Assembly: GCF_902713615.1 (NCBI RefSeq)
Contig: NW_024056012.1
Location: forward strand, 124,001 to 188,000
Reading direction: 5' to 3'
From: Scyliorhinus canicula
Lineage: Eukaryota
DNA: 64,000 nucleotides
Shown: one piece after another, positions 13,186-27,025 of the stretch
How positions within the stretch are numbered: position 1 is the first letter of the stretch
How the letters are laid out: every line of letters starts with the position of its first letter
Translations under genes and position numbers: made by a program
The notes under the pieces: generated by a model
What the model was told of the DNA's origin: nothing
The model's database searches: none
Seen by the model: the letters and a program-made list of their open reading frames with translations, nothing else

Positions 13186-16100
13186 AGGTGCCACTCATTT
13201 CAGACGAGGGTGAAGAGGAATTTCTTCTCTCAGAGCGTAGTGCTTCTATAGATTCATTTGCCGTAGAGAGTTCGCCTGGTCAATAAATATGTTCAAGGCT
13301 GAGACAGACAGATTTTTCATCAGTAAGGGAATCAAGGGTTTTGGGAATAAAGTGGAAATGTGGAGTAGAGGATTTTACCAGATTTTCCACCATCTCATTG
13401 AATGGCAGATCATATTACATGGGCCGAATGACCAAGTTCTGCTCCAGATCTTATGGTTTTATGGCAGCTGTAGAGACTTTCAATTGAATGACGTAATCAA
13501 TTAGACAAAAATCGTCGCGCCATTTATAATACTTATGAAGCTATCGAAATTTCGCAACGCCCAGCAGGCTCACCAACGTCCTTCAGGAGAAGAAAGCTTC
13601 CCTCCTTACCCTGTCTGGCTCATATGTGACACTAGTTCAGCAATTATGTGGTTGACTAATAACTATCTCTGATATTGCCGAGCAAGCAAGAAAGTCAAAT
13701 GTGAGCAAAATCGCTCGAAGTGCACCTCATCAAAAAAGTGGTTCACATCCGGCTTCTCGGGATGGGCAGTTAATGCTGACTTTGGCACTGATGGCTGTAT
13801 GGCGAGAATGAATGCAAAACTGCAAGTGCTGTAGATTCTGGAAATGCAGAACAAAAACAACAAAGGCTGCTCAGCAGGTCAGTGAGCATCAGCAGAGAGA
13901 GAAACAGATTCACATTTCAGGGGGATTACCTCATTGATATAATTCTGAAGAGCAGAGCTGCTTTTCCCAGTATCTTGGACTAATGTCCGTTCTTCATCTA
14001 AAATCACAGAGTTGTTGGTCACTTATCACATCTCAGTTTGTGGGAGCTTGCTGTGCACAAATGCCCTGCTCTGTTTCCAACATTAGAGCAGTGACTAAAT
14101 TCAGCAAAAATATATCAGTGAGTTTTAAGGGCGTTGGTATGACCTGAGGTCGGATAAAGTGTTTTATAAAAGCAAGCTCTTTCCAAATGTTAACATTTGT
14201 AAATGCAGGTTGTAATATGTCGAAAGATCTGAGATTGATGTGACTACAGATCAATCCTCTGCCTGATGTTGTAATTTATCTACTTTAAATTGGTTAATAT
14301 TTCAATCAAATTAACATTCAGTGGAAAAGTAGCTGGTTAAAGATGCTTTATTAATTGAGGCTTCATAACTTTCAGAATGAATACTTAATTTAAAGTATTT
14401 TTTATTTCAATTAAATACCATCTGTTCTAATGGAAGTTTCTATTCATTTTAACCAACTGTCAATATTCTTAAAATAAACCCTATTTTCAGTTGAAACTAA
14501 TCAATAAGTGACTGTGTTTATCTCGTTTTGCTGAAATGGACATTTCATTGTGACCAGTGAGGTGTTTATGTAAATAAACACAGAAATAGAAGTTCCAGAT
14601 TAGATTGCGGACTGAGAAAAACAAAACAAATGTTTCCCCACCAACACAGCACAGAAATAGAGCCAAAGATGCAAATAGATCAACGGATTCCAATAGTGTT
14701 TGCTGTTCGACATTTTTTAATTAATCAGTTATATGAGAAAAATGGCATGATGATATCCATGTTCATAATTAGGAAATATTCTCTCTCATCTCTAAATATA
14801 AGGGCATGCCAAGTGTGTTAGTAGAATTTTCCTGTATCCTATCTCTCTTTGTGTCTTTCTCATAACTGGTTCTATCTCATGTCTCTCCACGATGGGTCAT
14901 TGTCTTTAATCGACATGTGGCGAACACTAATAACAATTTTACTGTGAAAAGCCCCGAGTCGCCACATTCCGGCGCCTGTTCAGGTGAGTTGGAACGGGAA
15001 TTGAACCCGCGCTGCTGGGCTTGTTCTGCATCACAAACCAGCTGTCTAGCCCACTGAGCTAAACCAGCCCTCTCACCCGAACTCACCCCGTTGGCTTCCA
15101 ACTAAATGTATCGAATCCAATGTATTGGAATCCGTCGAGGGAGTTTTACGCTAAAATGAGATTGGAGCATTCAATGATCTTGGAGTGTTTAATGAGAACT
15201 GTAGAGATAAGTTTCCTCTATATCTGCTCTGGGCTGCACATGGTGGTTGAGGATTTGATGTGGCAGGGCCGAAGAATCTTTCCTTGCACTTAATCAAGCT
15301 GCCGAGACCTTGGAGCATTTGGCTGAAGAGTGTAGAGCAAGTTTACTTGCATGTAACCTGCACTGAACCTGCCCTGTGAGTGTTTGATATGACTGTGCAT
15401 AGGGAGATTTACTCCGTATCTGAACTGTGCTGTACCTGAACTGGGTGAGTTTGATGGGGAAATACAGAGGTTTCTTTACCCAGTAACTAACCCCACTGTC
15501 AACCTGTCTTGGGGATCTCTGAAGGAAGAGTGCAGAAGAGGTTTTGCCTGGTATAGAACTCTTGGTTTCTCGGCCTTTAATGTGTTTGAGCGAGTTATGT
15601 AGAGGGAATTTAATTCTATATCTAAACAGTCTGCAGCTGCTCTGAGAATGTTTGATGGGGACAGTGTAAGGGAGTTTCTCTTTGTCACCAACCTGTGATG
15701 CACCTGGCCTGCGAGTGTTTGAAGGGACCGGCGTCCCGGGCTCTGTATTGCACCAGGCCATGACCCCGTCTCTGTTTATATTCTACTACCTTGTACCAGT
15801 TTCAGTTTATATTAAATAAGGACATATTTCTCTTTGTTCATATTAAACTAGGCCACCAATTAAAGGTCATGTCTTGATCAATGAGGCGTTCAGGAGTTAT
15901 TGGGAGAAGGCAGGAGAATGGGGATTAGGAACATATTGGCCATAATTTAATGGTGGAGCAGTCTCGATGGGTCGAATGGCCTAATTCTGCTCCTAAATCT
16001 AATGGAGTTATGGACCCAGTCTGTCTCTCTTTACATTAACCCAGAACCTGACTCTGTTTCTATTAATATAAATCTGTCTCTGTATTACAATAGATACAGC

Positions 16101-17824
16101 CTCAGTTCTGCACTGGGCCATGTCTCTGTTCATATTACATTGGACCCGGCCTCAGTAATTGCTGCGGTAGATCATGCACAATAATTTGGAAAGTGGCTGA
16201 GGTGGAAATTGTGAAGATTATAAAAAACTGAGGGAAAAGTGATAGTCTAAAATTCTTCAGCAAGCAATGCTGATCTAAGTCCAGATAAACGTCATAGTCT
16301 GGCTTGTCAGCACCCTAGATGCATCTACATACAAGCACGGATCTCCCTGATCTTCTTGCAGCCACTTCAACTTGTACAACTGAACTTCTATTGCCTGGGC
16401 CCAGTGCAATAAACTAAGGGAATGGAATAGTTGTAATTGTGTAACATAAACAAAGGACCATTAGATAAATAACTGAGACAGAACCTAATTTTGCAGCAAC
16501 ATTCATTCTCTTCACAGCAGGCACACAGTAGCTGCATTGCGTAACATCGACGGGATGCACTGCAGCAACTCGCCAAGATTTCTTCAACAGCATCTTCCAT
16601 ACCCGAGACCTCCGAGAATCACAAGGGCAACAAGCACATGGGTCACAATACTCTGCATCCTCCTACACATACAGCTGTCTGGGATTGGAATTGGTCTTGG
16701 GCACTGGCAACGAAGAAATGCCAACTGAAATCTAATTCTGTTGACTGCACTGAAAATGAATATCAAATGCTGCAGAGCATACACTGTATACACTATACAT
16801 CCCGTTTCAGGCTGTTGCCATATACTGATTTCTTGTCCAAAATATCTATTTATTATATTATCTTTCCATCTCAAAGACATGTGCCCACAATTCAAAACAG
16901 AGGCATCATTTGGTGCATTAATAAAAGTGAGCAGGTCTCGGAACAAATAGGCAGATTCAGGATCAAATATAGAATCCCTACAGGGCAGAACGTCACTCGG
17001 CCCATAGCATCTGCCCCGACCTCTGAAAGAACATCTTCCCCAATCCCCTGCCCTTGCAACATGACCTGCGCATCCCTGGACACTAAGGGGCAATTTAGAA
17101 TGGTCAATACACCTAACCTACATATTTTTGGATTATGGGAGGAAACAGGAGCATCCGTAGGAAAGCCACTCAGACACAGGGAGAAAGTGCAAACTCCACA
17201 CGGATCATCAAGAATTGAACCCTGGAGCTATGAGGCAGCAGTGCTACCCACTGCGCCACCGTGCCGCCGCTAACATAATCAGAGACTGAGTCTAGTGTAA
17301 TATAAACTGAGTTCTGGTCTAGCGGAGTGCCGATTGATACACATTGAGACATGATCAATGCAGCAATAAGAGGGATATCGTACAGCACAAGAATAACAGG
17401 GGCAGGGACTAGTGTTATATCAATAGGGACATGGACAGCTGTGTATTAACTAAAGCAGGATTGAGTTTATTAGAATCTAACTATCTTGTCGAGTAATAGC
17501 TGAGACCGAACCACATGTGAAGCAAACAGAATGTTGTTCCAGTTTACGATGCACAGATAAACGTTCTGATGCTGTAACCATTGTGACGTGTTTCGTGACA
17601 GACTAACCGAGATATGATTCAGTGCAGTTATTATTAATGATTTGTAATATAAACAGGGCGTGGGCCTGTATATCAACAACTGATATTCAGCCAAGTGCAG
17701 GGAAACTGAGACAGGGCCTGCTGTAATGTGATAGAGACACGGCGAGTGGAATGTAAACAGAGGCGGGGGTGAGGTGAATGTAAGCTGAGAGATATGTTTT
17801 AAATGATTTAATGGCATTTTGGTG

Positions 17825-19300
17825 TCACCAGTAATGTCAGCATTTGATGCCAATTCCTAATTGCCCTTGGGAATGTGGTGTTGAGCCCGCTTATTGAACC
17901 ATTGTATTCTATACTGAGTAAGTCCACCCACGGAGCTGATAGGAAGGGAGTCCCAGGATTTTGACCAGTGACAGTGAAGGAACAGAGATATAGTTCCCAT
18001 CTTCTGCACTGTAAATTCTGTGATATCTCTGAAGATGGTGTGAGGCTTGTCGGGGAACTTGCAGGTCCTGCTGTTACAATGCGTCTGTCGGGCCTGGTCC
18101 TTTTAAATGTCTGAGTTCGTGGGTTTGGAAGGTGGTATAGAAGGAGGCAGTCGCTGCAGTAGTACATTCTTGTATATCGCTCACGCTGCTGGAATTGTAC
18201 ACACGTGATGCAGGGAGTGAATGTTTCAGCTGGTGGATGGGGTGTTCCTCGAGTCGGCCGCTTTGTCCTGGATGGCGTTGAGATTCTCGAGTGTTGCTTG
18301 AGGGGCGCACTTCAGACAAATGGAGAATATTCAGTTAAACTCCTGACTTCTGCCTTCTCGATGATGAGTAGGGGTTTGGAAGTCAGGAGGTGAAATATTC
18401 ACCGCAAAATTTCCAGCCACTGACCTGCTCTTGTAGCCACATTATTTAAATGGTTCTTCCAGTTCAGTTTTTCATCACTGCTAATGATGGTCAATGTAGT
18501 GCCATTTAAAATCAAGGGGAGTTGGTTAGCATCTCTATTTTTGGGGTGGTCATTGCCTGACACTTGTCAGTCCAAGCTTGACTGTTGTCCAAGTCATACT
18601 GTATATGAAATTAGACTGCTTCAGTATTTGAGGAATCGAATATGCTGCACAACATTGGGTAATCATCAGCGAACATCCCCACTTCTGACCTTATGATGAA
18701 CGGTGAAGCTAGGGCCGGGGCACTATGCTGGGACACTATACGTGACAGGATGCTCCTTGACACTTTTCATGAAGTTGCTGATGATCGAATGCGGACTGAT
18801 AGGCCAATAGTTGGCCGGGTTGGATTTTTCCTGCCTTGTGTGGATGGGTCATGTTTGGCAATGTTACACATTGTTGGGTACATGGCAGTGCTGTGCCTGC
18901 ACTGGAGCAACCTGTCTGGGGCGCAGCCAATTCCAGGCCACAAATCTTCAGTATTGTTGCTAGAATTTTGCCAGGGATAATGCATTAGCAGCGCCGTCAG
19001 CCGTTTCTTGATATCGTGTGGAGTGAATCAAATTTGCTGAAGACTGACATCCACGATGATGCAGACCACCGGAGGAGGCCGAGATGGATCATCCTCTCGG
19101 CACCTCTGGCAGAAACTTTCACTCTTGTTTTTTGCACTGATGTGCTGGGCTCCTGCATCATTGAAGAGGGGAATTTTATTGAGGCTCCTATTCCGGCCTT
19201 TTGTTTATTTATTCATTACTATTCAGGACTGGATGAGGCAAAACTGCAGAGACAGATCCTGCATATTGAAAATAGGATCGCATTGATTGTGTGATATAAA
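17825..19300 (-). mobile_element. Decayed CR1-group LINE fragments
   Basis: Reverse complement matches the + strand LINE at 58320-59820; a similar block lies at 21630-22480. Confidence 0.65.
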
Positions 19301-20149
19301 CATTGACAAGTACTGGTGCAGTATTAATTGAAACAGTGTATCCTGTATTATAAACAAAGACAGTGTCGAGCCTAACAAAAATACAGATGGAGTCCAATTT
19401 AAAATTAGCAGAGGCAGCAGTAATTATTGAGGCAATGTCTGCTTCATGTAATGCAAGACATCTCGATTTAAATTCCATCTGCTGGCCAAACTTTGCAATT
19501 GCAGTTACTGTGAAAATGTCGCTGTCAGGTATAATCCATGATGTTGATGTATCCATAATCCATTTGCACAAATGTAATATCACATCGCCTTCTACGGGAG
19601 GTGCCAAATCTTAAGGTGTAACTAATTGCAGGTGTCGCTGGCTGATTCTCCAACATTGAGATCAGCACCACAGCAAAGTGGCTCAATTCCTGGTCACGCG
19701 TTTTTGTTCATCTTTGTTAAATAGAGGAATGTTTATCTGGAAGTTGTGTGGAGTCCATGGGAAATGTAACATTCATCTAACAAGCATAGTGTTGGGGAGA
19801 GTTTATTGATTCATTATACCACCTGCAAAATGGTTGGGGCCATTGTGTCCGAAGCTTCACGAAGGTCACATGGGATTTTAGTTTTAAAGGGGAAATATGG
19901 ATGTGCGTGTAAGACAGAGAGAATGCGTGTGTGAGAGACTGTGTGTGTGTGCCTGTGTTTATGTGAAGCACATGTTGCGTACAATTAAATTTCACAAAGG
20001 CCACGGCATCCTTCTATTTCCAATAGATACACAGCAAATACTTCCACAAATGTAGCACATGAAGCTCCCAATTGTCGTTCTGGGTTGTCATTTTCTCGGT
20101 TTGTGTCCATTTCAAACCTGCTAAATCCACTGGTTCTGGTGGCTCACAC

Positions 20150-21430
20150 CAGCCCACCGGAGGTGTCGCCATTTTTTTCAGTTTGCAGCTGGTGACACCC
20201 GATTGTGATGACCAATGTTTAGGTTTCGGGACATTATGTCACACTTGGAAGAATCCTTGAAGTGGAATATCGGCCTTCCGCTGGGTGCGTGGCTCCGGCT
20301 ACTTCGCAAAGTGGAAATTCCTTGGTCGTGTGACTATGTCCCATTTAGGGACCAGACTGGAAATGTGCAAACCACCTCCATTTAATTGTCTTGAAGAGAA
20401 TTGCAAGCTCTGTCTTTGAGAAAACTGCCGCATTTCTGATTTTGTCCGGCCAGTAAATATCCATAATGCATTGCGGACAACAAAGATGACATTGGCTGAG
20501 TTATTTTTCTTCACATGTGCAGGTGTTCCTTGTTTCACAGACATACAAGAAGTTTCTGGGCGTTCAGGCCTTATAAACCACCTGCTTGTTCCAAAGGGTC
20601 AGCTTGATGTTATTCCATGAACATTCAATGAGTAAAGCAAAGGTCGTATCTGTTTTCTCAATGACAGCATCACATTCTACATCCAGGCAGTCTCTCACAG
20701 TGGAAACTCGACAGCAGAATCTGCGCACCGGCTCTTATTTAGTGTGACCATGGCGAGAGTGCAACACCTTGTCCCACTGCCACGGTTTCCTCATGCGTAT
20801 GGTAAGGAAGAACAAGATACAAGGCACCGAGGACTGAGTCCATGAGTCTCTGTCGGTGATGTTTTGTGTGGATTATCCAACTTTAAGCATAGAGGAATTC
20901 TCTGATGAGGATGTATTGTGATTATGTCTCCGTTTTCATGACTGAAAGGTTGCCGAGGTTGCAGCCTTACCGACTGTGCAAGTGGAGTCATCCATATCTT
21001 CAGGGAAGGCGAAGATCAGCAGCATGGAGAGGAAGCTGCTGAATAGAGTTGGGTCAATGACACGGTCCTCTTTCGCTCAATTATTCACTTAGAATCATTC
21101 GGAAGTGGAATCATCAATCTGCACAGTGCAGTGCATTTTGCGATGGAAGGAGTGAATGCGACAGGGGAGCTTCAGCAGTCAGCCAATTTTCCCCAAATCA
21201 TATAGTCCCTACTCCGCTGACAGTGTGGAATTTTTATTGAGATTGACGAACGTGAGGCGAAGAGGTAGGCATGTGGCAGAGGGAGCAGATCTTGTCCAGA
21301 GTAAATCTTGCGATGCAAACACAGCCCCTTTTTTCCAGCAACATTCGACCTGCAAGCAAATGAAGTATTTAAAGTGTGACCATTGGAAAGGCCTTCCCAG
21401 TGCTGCTATGAGTGAGTTATGTCAATAGTT
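20150..21430 (-). mobile_element. Heavily decayed RTE-clade LINE fragment
   Basis: Minus strand near 21025-21070 reads RVIDPTLFSSFLSML, resembling the RTE motif GCVLAPTLFSIFFSML; no long ORF. Confidence 0.5.
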
Positions 21431-24400
21431 GCTGCAGTCTCCTCTGTCCACTTTATTTTCAGATATTGGTTATGATTTTGCATCACGAATCTCCTCCGGG
21501 ATGGGTTATGTCTTCCAGCAGAGAAGGCATAGGTCATAAATGATCAGAAACATAGCAATTATATTCACCAATTTTCATTCATTTAGGAATATAAATAATC
21601 AGATTCACAAATTGCCACCGTTCCACAAAGTACAGTTTTAAATTAAGTTATCCGGTGCCGGTGTCGAGGGCTAGGCCATGATTTGTTGTCCATCGCTGAT
21701 TGCCTTTCACAAAGAGGCGGTGAACTGCCTGTTTGAACCTCGACAGTCATTCTAGTGTAGGTACACTGACGATGCTGTTAGGGAGGCAGTTGTAGGTTTT
21801 TGCACCAGTGACAGCAAAGATTCGGTGATATATTTCCAAGTCAGGATAGTGAGTGATTTGGAGGTAGATCTCTTCACCTTACTTTCATCAATCTCAATAA
21901 ACATTCGACATCGTCAGCAGAGCAGGGACTATAATATTTGGAGGGGAATTTCCAGGTGGTGATCTTCCCATGAATCAGCTGTCTTTTCCTTCTGGAAGGT
22001 AATGGTCCTGGGTTTAGAAGGTGTTTCAAAGGAGACTTGCTGCGTTCCTACAGCTCATCTTGTGGGTGGTATATTATTGCCATTGTTCGTCAATGGTGGA
22101 TGGAATGAGTGTTTGTGCATAGGGTGACAATCAAGCGGGTAGCTTTGGCCTGGATGGTGTCGAGATTTTTGAATTTTGTTGGAGCTGCACCCAGCCAGGC
22201 CACTGGAGAGTATTCAATTACAGTCCTAACTTGTGCCTTGCAGATGGTGAACAGGCTTTGGGAGTCAGGAGGTGAGTTGCTCGCCGCAGGCTTCCGAGAC
22301 ACTGACCGGATCTTGTTTCTTCAGCATTTATGTGGCCAGTCCAGGACAGTTTCTGGTCAATGGTAACCCCAGTGTATTGATACTGGGGGATTAAGTGATG
22401 GCAATATCAGTCAATATCAAGTGGCGATGGTTAGATTCTACTTTGCTGGAGATGATCATTGTTTAGCAATTCCGTGGCGAATATTACCAATTGTCACAAT
22501 TCACAAAGTTAAATAATGATATTAATCAATTAACTTCAACTCACAACATAAAAAGTTACATTCACCAATTATGATCCGCACTTTCTTTCACAAAATGCAA
22601 ATGCAATTCATTTAAGGGCGGTGTATTTGAGACCAGGAAGAGATCAGCCATGATGATTGAATGGCGGAGCAGGCTCGAAGGTCTGAATTGCCTATTTCCC
22701 CACCTAATTTCTATATTCGTATGTTTAATAATTTATTGAGATTAAATTTAATTGAGTTAGTATTGACCATTCTGCCACCAAGAAGTCACATCTGCATCAG
22801 CGTTCAATGTGAAATGGAATTAAACCACACCGAGGATAATGTGCAGATACCCAGCAGCCTCTGCGCTGTATTGGTCATTAATCACCTCATCGTCACACAG
22901 AATCTGCAGACTGGAGTGTGAGATGATTTTTAAAGTGTCGGTAGAAATGAAAATACCTTTACCTAATGTAACGTTAATGAATCTTTACTTCCCAATTTGT
23001 TATTACACTGTTTTGGAAAGTAATTCAACGTCTGCAGCTGTCCACAGAGTTTCACAGGATTTCTGTTCCATGTCTGGTGTCTCCATTGATTTGGGTGAGG
23101 ATATCTTGAATGACTTATTGTACATGAAATGACATGTTCCAGAAAATACAGCTGTCCCTTCTCCATGTAATCATGTTCCCGCTTTCTGTGTTTGAGATGA
23201 AGATTCACCATCAGCAGAGAAGAATCACCAGAACCGTAGGAATATCTCCAGTTTCCTCTCAGTGACGTCCATTTCGTCAGTTCCCGATAGTCAGGGGATG
23301 GAATTCACCCAGAACAGCTTCAGCCACCGAATGTATTAGACTGACACAAATTATAACGGACCTGCTTTAATTTGTGAAACCATCAAGTGCAAACTTGAGA
23401 ATGTAGAACAGTATCTTTCAGGACCATCTAGCCATCCATCCATCAATCCCACTCACTAATTCCACAATCAAAATATTCACGCATCAAACCAACATCCATC
23501 ACTACATCAAAGCAGTAACCCATTATCTTTTGGGATTCATTGAACCAATAATCCAAAGGCCTGGGCTAATTCTGTGGGGATTTGGGTACACATCCTCCCG
23601 TAGTCTGTGGGGGGGGGGGGGGGGGGGGGGGGTTTGAGTTCAATTAATAAATCGAAAAAACATACTACTGGTCACCATGAACTCCCCTCTGCTTCGCCAA
23701 TGAAATAAATCTGACATCCTTCCCTGGTCTCACCTACATTTGGCTCCAATCGGATAGCAACATGTCTGACTTCTGAGCTGGCCCAGCTCAAGAGCAATTA
23801 GGGATAGGGGATACCCGGTGGTCTTGACAGTGAGTCCCAAATTCCACGGAAGAATAAAAGGAAAAACACATAAATCTACATGTTCATCTATTACAAAATG
23901 TACCCTCTGTCTGATACTCTGTCTGATAGTCTGCTTGCATGTCTACCCATCATCACAATGTTATTAGATGTGGGATAGATCCTCCAGCGGGATATTGCTG
24001 CGAAGAGGGGACCGAGAAGCTGGATAACTCTCCTTTCCTTAGAGATTGGAGCAGTTCAAATAGGTTCACAATTTAAAACATAAAATGATCTCCAGTGCTG
24101 TTGCTGGGTAGATTTGTTTATAAATAGTCCTCATTGACAATGTTACGAGTTTGAAGTTGGCTTGCAGCCAAGCGGTCAGTACTGAGCAAACAGATCTTTG
24201 AAAAACAAATCCAGATGCTTCCTGTAAACAACATTGAACATTCGAGCCTCCCTGACTGCAGGCGGCTGGATTGCTGCCAAATACTGTGTGGGGCAGATTA
24301 GCCTGAATATGAATGGATTAAATGGGATTGATCCATTCAAACAATAAATGTTTAGTTGCACATGAAGAAAACGTTTTAAATGGTGTTCCATGCAAAGAAA

Positions 24401-25559
24401 TATATTCACTGAATATATGAGATTCACTATGAGATTAAACACAATCTGAAAATAGTAACCTGACCAGATGCTATTTAATTTATATTAGTTCTGAGTAAAG
24501 GTCACTCTAGTTATTAAAGTCCGTTTGTTAAAAACCTAATGAAGTGGGAGTGAATGGTGTTGGTGGACCCAATCCACAAGTTCAATAAGATGACTCCAAT
24601 TACAAAAAATAAAATAAAATGAATTAAAAGTTTTAAAATACTGCATTGAATTCGCGGGGAATCCTGGAATATTCTCCGAGTTGTCGATCTCCTTTAAACG
24701 GAGTCTTCTCTTATATCCGATTAGCACCGTGTTCTATACAGTTTAATTTGTCTGAATTTCCATTATTTAACAGTCCCTCTCATTGCTGCTAATGAGTGGA
24801 GAAATGACCAGTTCATGACCAGCTTCAGTGGAAGATAAAACATTTATTCCTGTGATATTGTGTAATATGCCACAAAGTCCTGATATCCTGTGTTCCCAAC
24901 ACCAGTGAATGTTAGACAGCCGCTGGTCAGTAAAATTAGCGGCAATGGTTTGGATGCTGAAGGATAACTTTGCTGGTCGCCGTGCCCGTTCTGATTCACT
25001 AACTTCTCTGTCAAAAGCTGGTGTGAATTTTATGTTTCTCTGTCAACTCACTGTTGAATTATCAGGCAAGCGGCTTCTTTTACCGCTAATGTTCACAGGA
25101 CTGTCTGAGGCTGAGGGACAGTTCGAGAAATGTGAAGAGAGACATTGTGTAATGTTAGAGCTTCTTCTTGTCGACAGGCCCACATTGTACAGTGATGGCC
25201 ATCCGCACTGCAAATGTAATCACGTCATTCATTCCCTCATTTAGTTACATTTCGTCTGATAAATTATACTTTATTATTGCAATGGGATAGAGTCCCGGAG
25301 TGTTGCAAATCTGAGTGACAGACGATTTATTCCCTGATAATGTAATTTAATCTGTCTGTGTTCATCCCTTTATATTGGAGTGCAGAAATAAAGAGACTTA
25401 ATATATAATGGAATTCGATTTTACTTAGAGATGCTCAAATATAATTCTCCATTCGGATGAGGATAGACATTACAATGAATCCATTCAGCCAAACAAATAT
25501 ACCGATACCGATCTAATATCGTTTTTTAAATAATAACCTATTTAAATATCTGAGTCCAT

Positions 25560-25742
25560 TCTGTTGGGGGTGTGGAAGGTGGGACGCGGATCCAGTCGCC
25601 GCCTCCACCAGGGAATCAAAAGGCGGCGCCTGGAAAGCCGCCCCCTTCTGCCGGGTATTTAAATGCCGCTCACTGGGACCCGAATCCAACAGTCCGGGAG
25701 CTGGTTTGTTCACTGAGTTCCTGACACAACCATTTCCCCCAA
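25560..25742 (+). promoter_or_regulatory. VH proximal promoter
   Basis: GC/CACCC-like boxes at about 25565-25645; TATTTAAA at 25656-25663, about 80 nt upstream of ATG 25743; no perfect octamer. Confidence 0.6.
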
Positions 25743-25800
25743 ATGACCAGAAGGATGAGGTGGGCCATTTCTCTCAGTTTGTTGCTGACTTTCTTATCCC
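25743..25800 (+). CDS. IGHV: IgM VH leader exon (MTRRMRWAISLSLLLTFLS, phase 1)
   Basis: ATG at 25743 (second in-frame ATG at 25755); hydrophobic signal peptide; donor GTGAGT at 25801; 128-bp intron. Confidence 0.95.
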
Positions 25801-25928
25801 GTGAGTAGTTTTTATTGTCCAAGTCTCTCACTGTTACTGTCTCAGTGTTAGTCTCTCTCTAGAATGTTCCAGAGTCGCCAATCATTTCACCAGCATTAAT
25901 CCTCGGGCTTTTTGATATATTTTTACAG

Positions 25929-26236
25929 GTGTCCAGTCGGATGTTGTGTTGACTCAGCCGGAGGCAGAGACCGGGCGTCCCGGAGGCTCCCTGACACTGA
26001 CCTGTAAAACCAGCGGCTTCAATCTTGGCAGCTACGGGATGAACTGGGTCCGCCAGGTTCCCGGACAGGGGCTGGAGTGGCTGGTTTACTACTACGATTC
26101 ATCCAACACCATCTACTACGCGCCAGGGATTCAGGGCCGATTTACTCCGTCCAAAGACACTTCAAACAACATCTTCGCTTTGGCCATGAGGAGCCTGAAG
26201 ACCGAAGACACCGCCATCTATTACTGTGCAAGACAC
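25929..26236 (+). CDS. IGHV: VH exon, germline and in frame (RVQS|[22 protein letters not shown]...WVRQ...DTAIYYCAR)
   Basis: Acceptor TTTTACAG at 25921-25928; both V-domain Cys and the FR2 Trp present; no stops; followed by an RSS. Confidence 0.97.
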
Positions 26237-26275
26237 CACAGCGAGAGGAACCAGGGCTGGACCCGCACAAGAACA
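26237..26275 (+). other. VH 3' RSS, 23-bp spacer
   Basis: CACAGCG (26237-43), 23 nt, ACAAGAACA (26267-75). Confidence 0.92.
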
Positions 26276-26637
26276 GCTCGGGAGGGAATTCAGCAACTTG
26301 CACCTTAACCTGAAGGTCAGCACTTGATCCAAATCTAATATTAATGTCGGTGGTCAGAACCGGACAACGAACCGCGTCTGACACAACTGAGACAGACAAA
26401 TGTTCGCAGTAAAACCTAACAAACCTACCGATATCAATGTGACTGTGTTTATATGTAATGTCTCAGTTTCAGCAATTACTGACCTGAATATGATACTTGT
26501 TTTAATCTGTCTATAATATGGAGCAGAGCTTTGTACATTGTGTTTTATACACGATTAATTAAATTGTAAATTAGATCAGAAGCAAACGTCTATTTGAAGT
26601 GAATATTGAGCGGCAGGACTGAACAGAGAGTGGGTGC

Positions 26638-26715
26638 AGTTTTTGTGCGGGTATCTGTCACTGTGACTACAGTGGGTCACAGTGCTGTGCACAGCGACAT
26701 CCTCATACAAAAACC
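26638..26715 (+). other. IGHD: D1 segment ACTACAGTGGGT (26666-26677) with 12-bp 5' RSS and 22-bp 3' RSS
   Basis: AGTTTTTGT-12-CACTGTG | D | CACAGTG-22-ACAAAAACC. Confidence 0.95.
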
Positions 26716-27025
26716 TCAGTGAAAGAGTTTGTTCAAATTGGTGATCAGCGCCACAGCAGGATTGTCAATGTCAATGAGTTTTAAATAAAACAAAGTTTGG
26801 AAGTAATATTAGTTTGCAAAAAGCTATAAAAATCTTCCACTTTATCTTTGTTGACCGACACGCGAAATATGCACAGAAGGTTTTAAAGTGTTCCGATCCT
26901 CTTTATAAATGTAATGACCAGGACAAGCTGAAATAACTCACCCATTCGCTCTTGGAAGAGACAGTTAGGTTTTTGAGTGAACAGTGAAATTAAATCTCTG
27001 TATTTTACAGTTAACAGTCGGCCGC

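Larger units (their letters stand above)
8250..15290. repeat. Copy 2 of the tandem segmental duplication, expanded by LINE/SINE/PLE insertions
   Basis: Colinear with 2700-7790 once 9894-10043, 10214-13185 and 14925-15070 are removed. Confidence 0.85.

Noticed and set aside
3684-22602. Perfect octamers ATGCAAAT at 3684, 14669 and 22595
   Set aside because: Far from any V segment, in AT-rich or duplicated DNA, at about chance frequency.
22963-23340. Minus-strand open stretch with GDSSLLMVNL, faintly like an Ig E-strand
   Set aside because: No Cys/Trp framework, RSS or convincing splice sites; cannot be supported as an Ig relic.
23609-23632. 24-nt poly-G run (also C-runs near 52190 and 59240)
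   Set aside because: Homopolymer length is unreliable and there is no supporting context.
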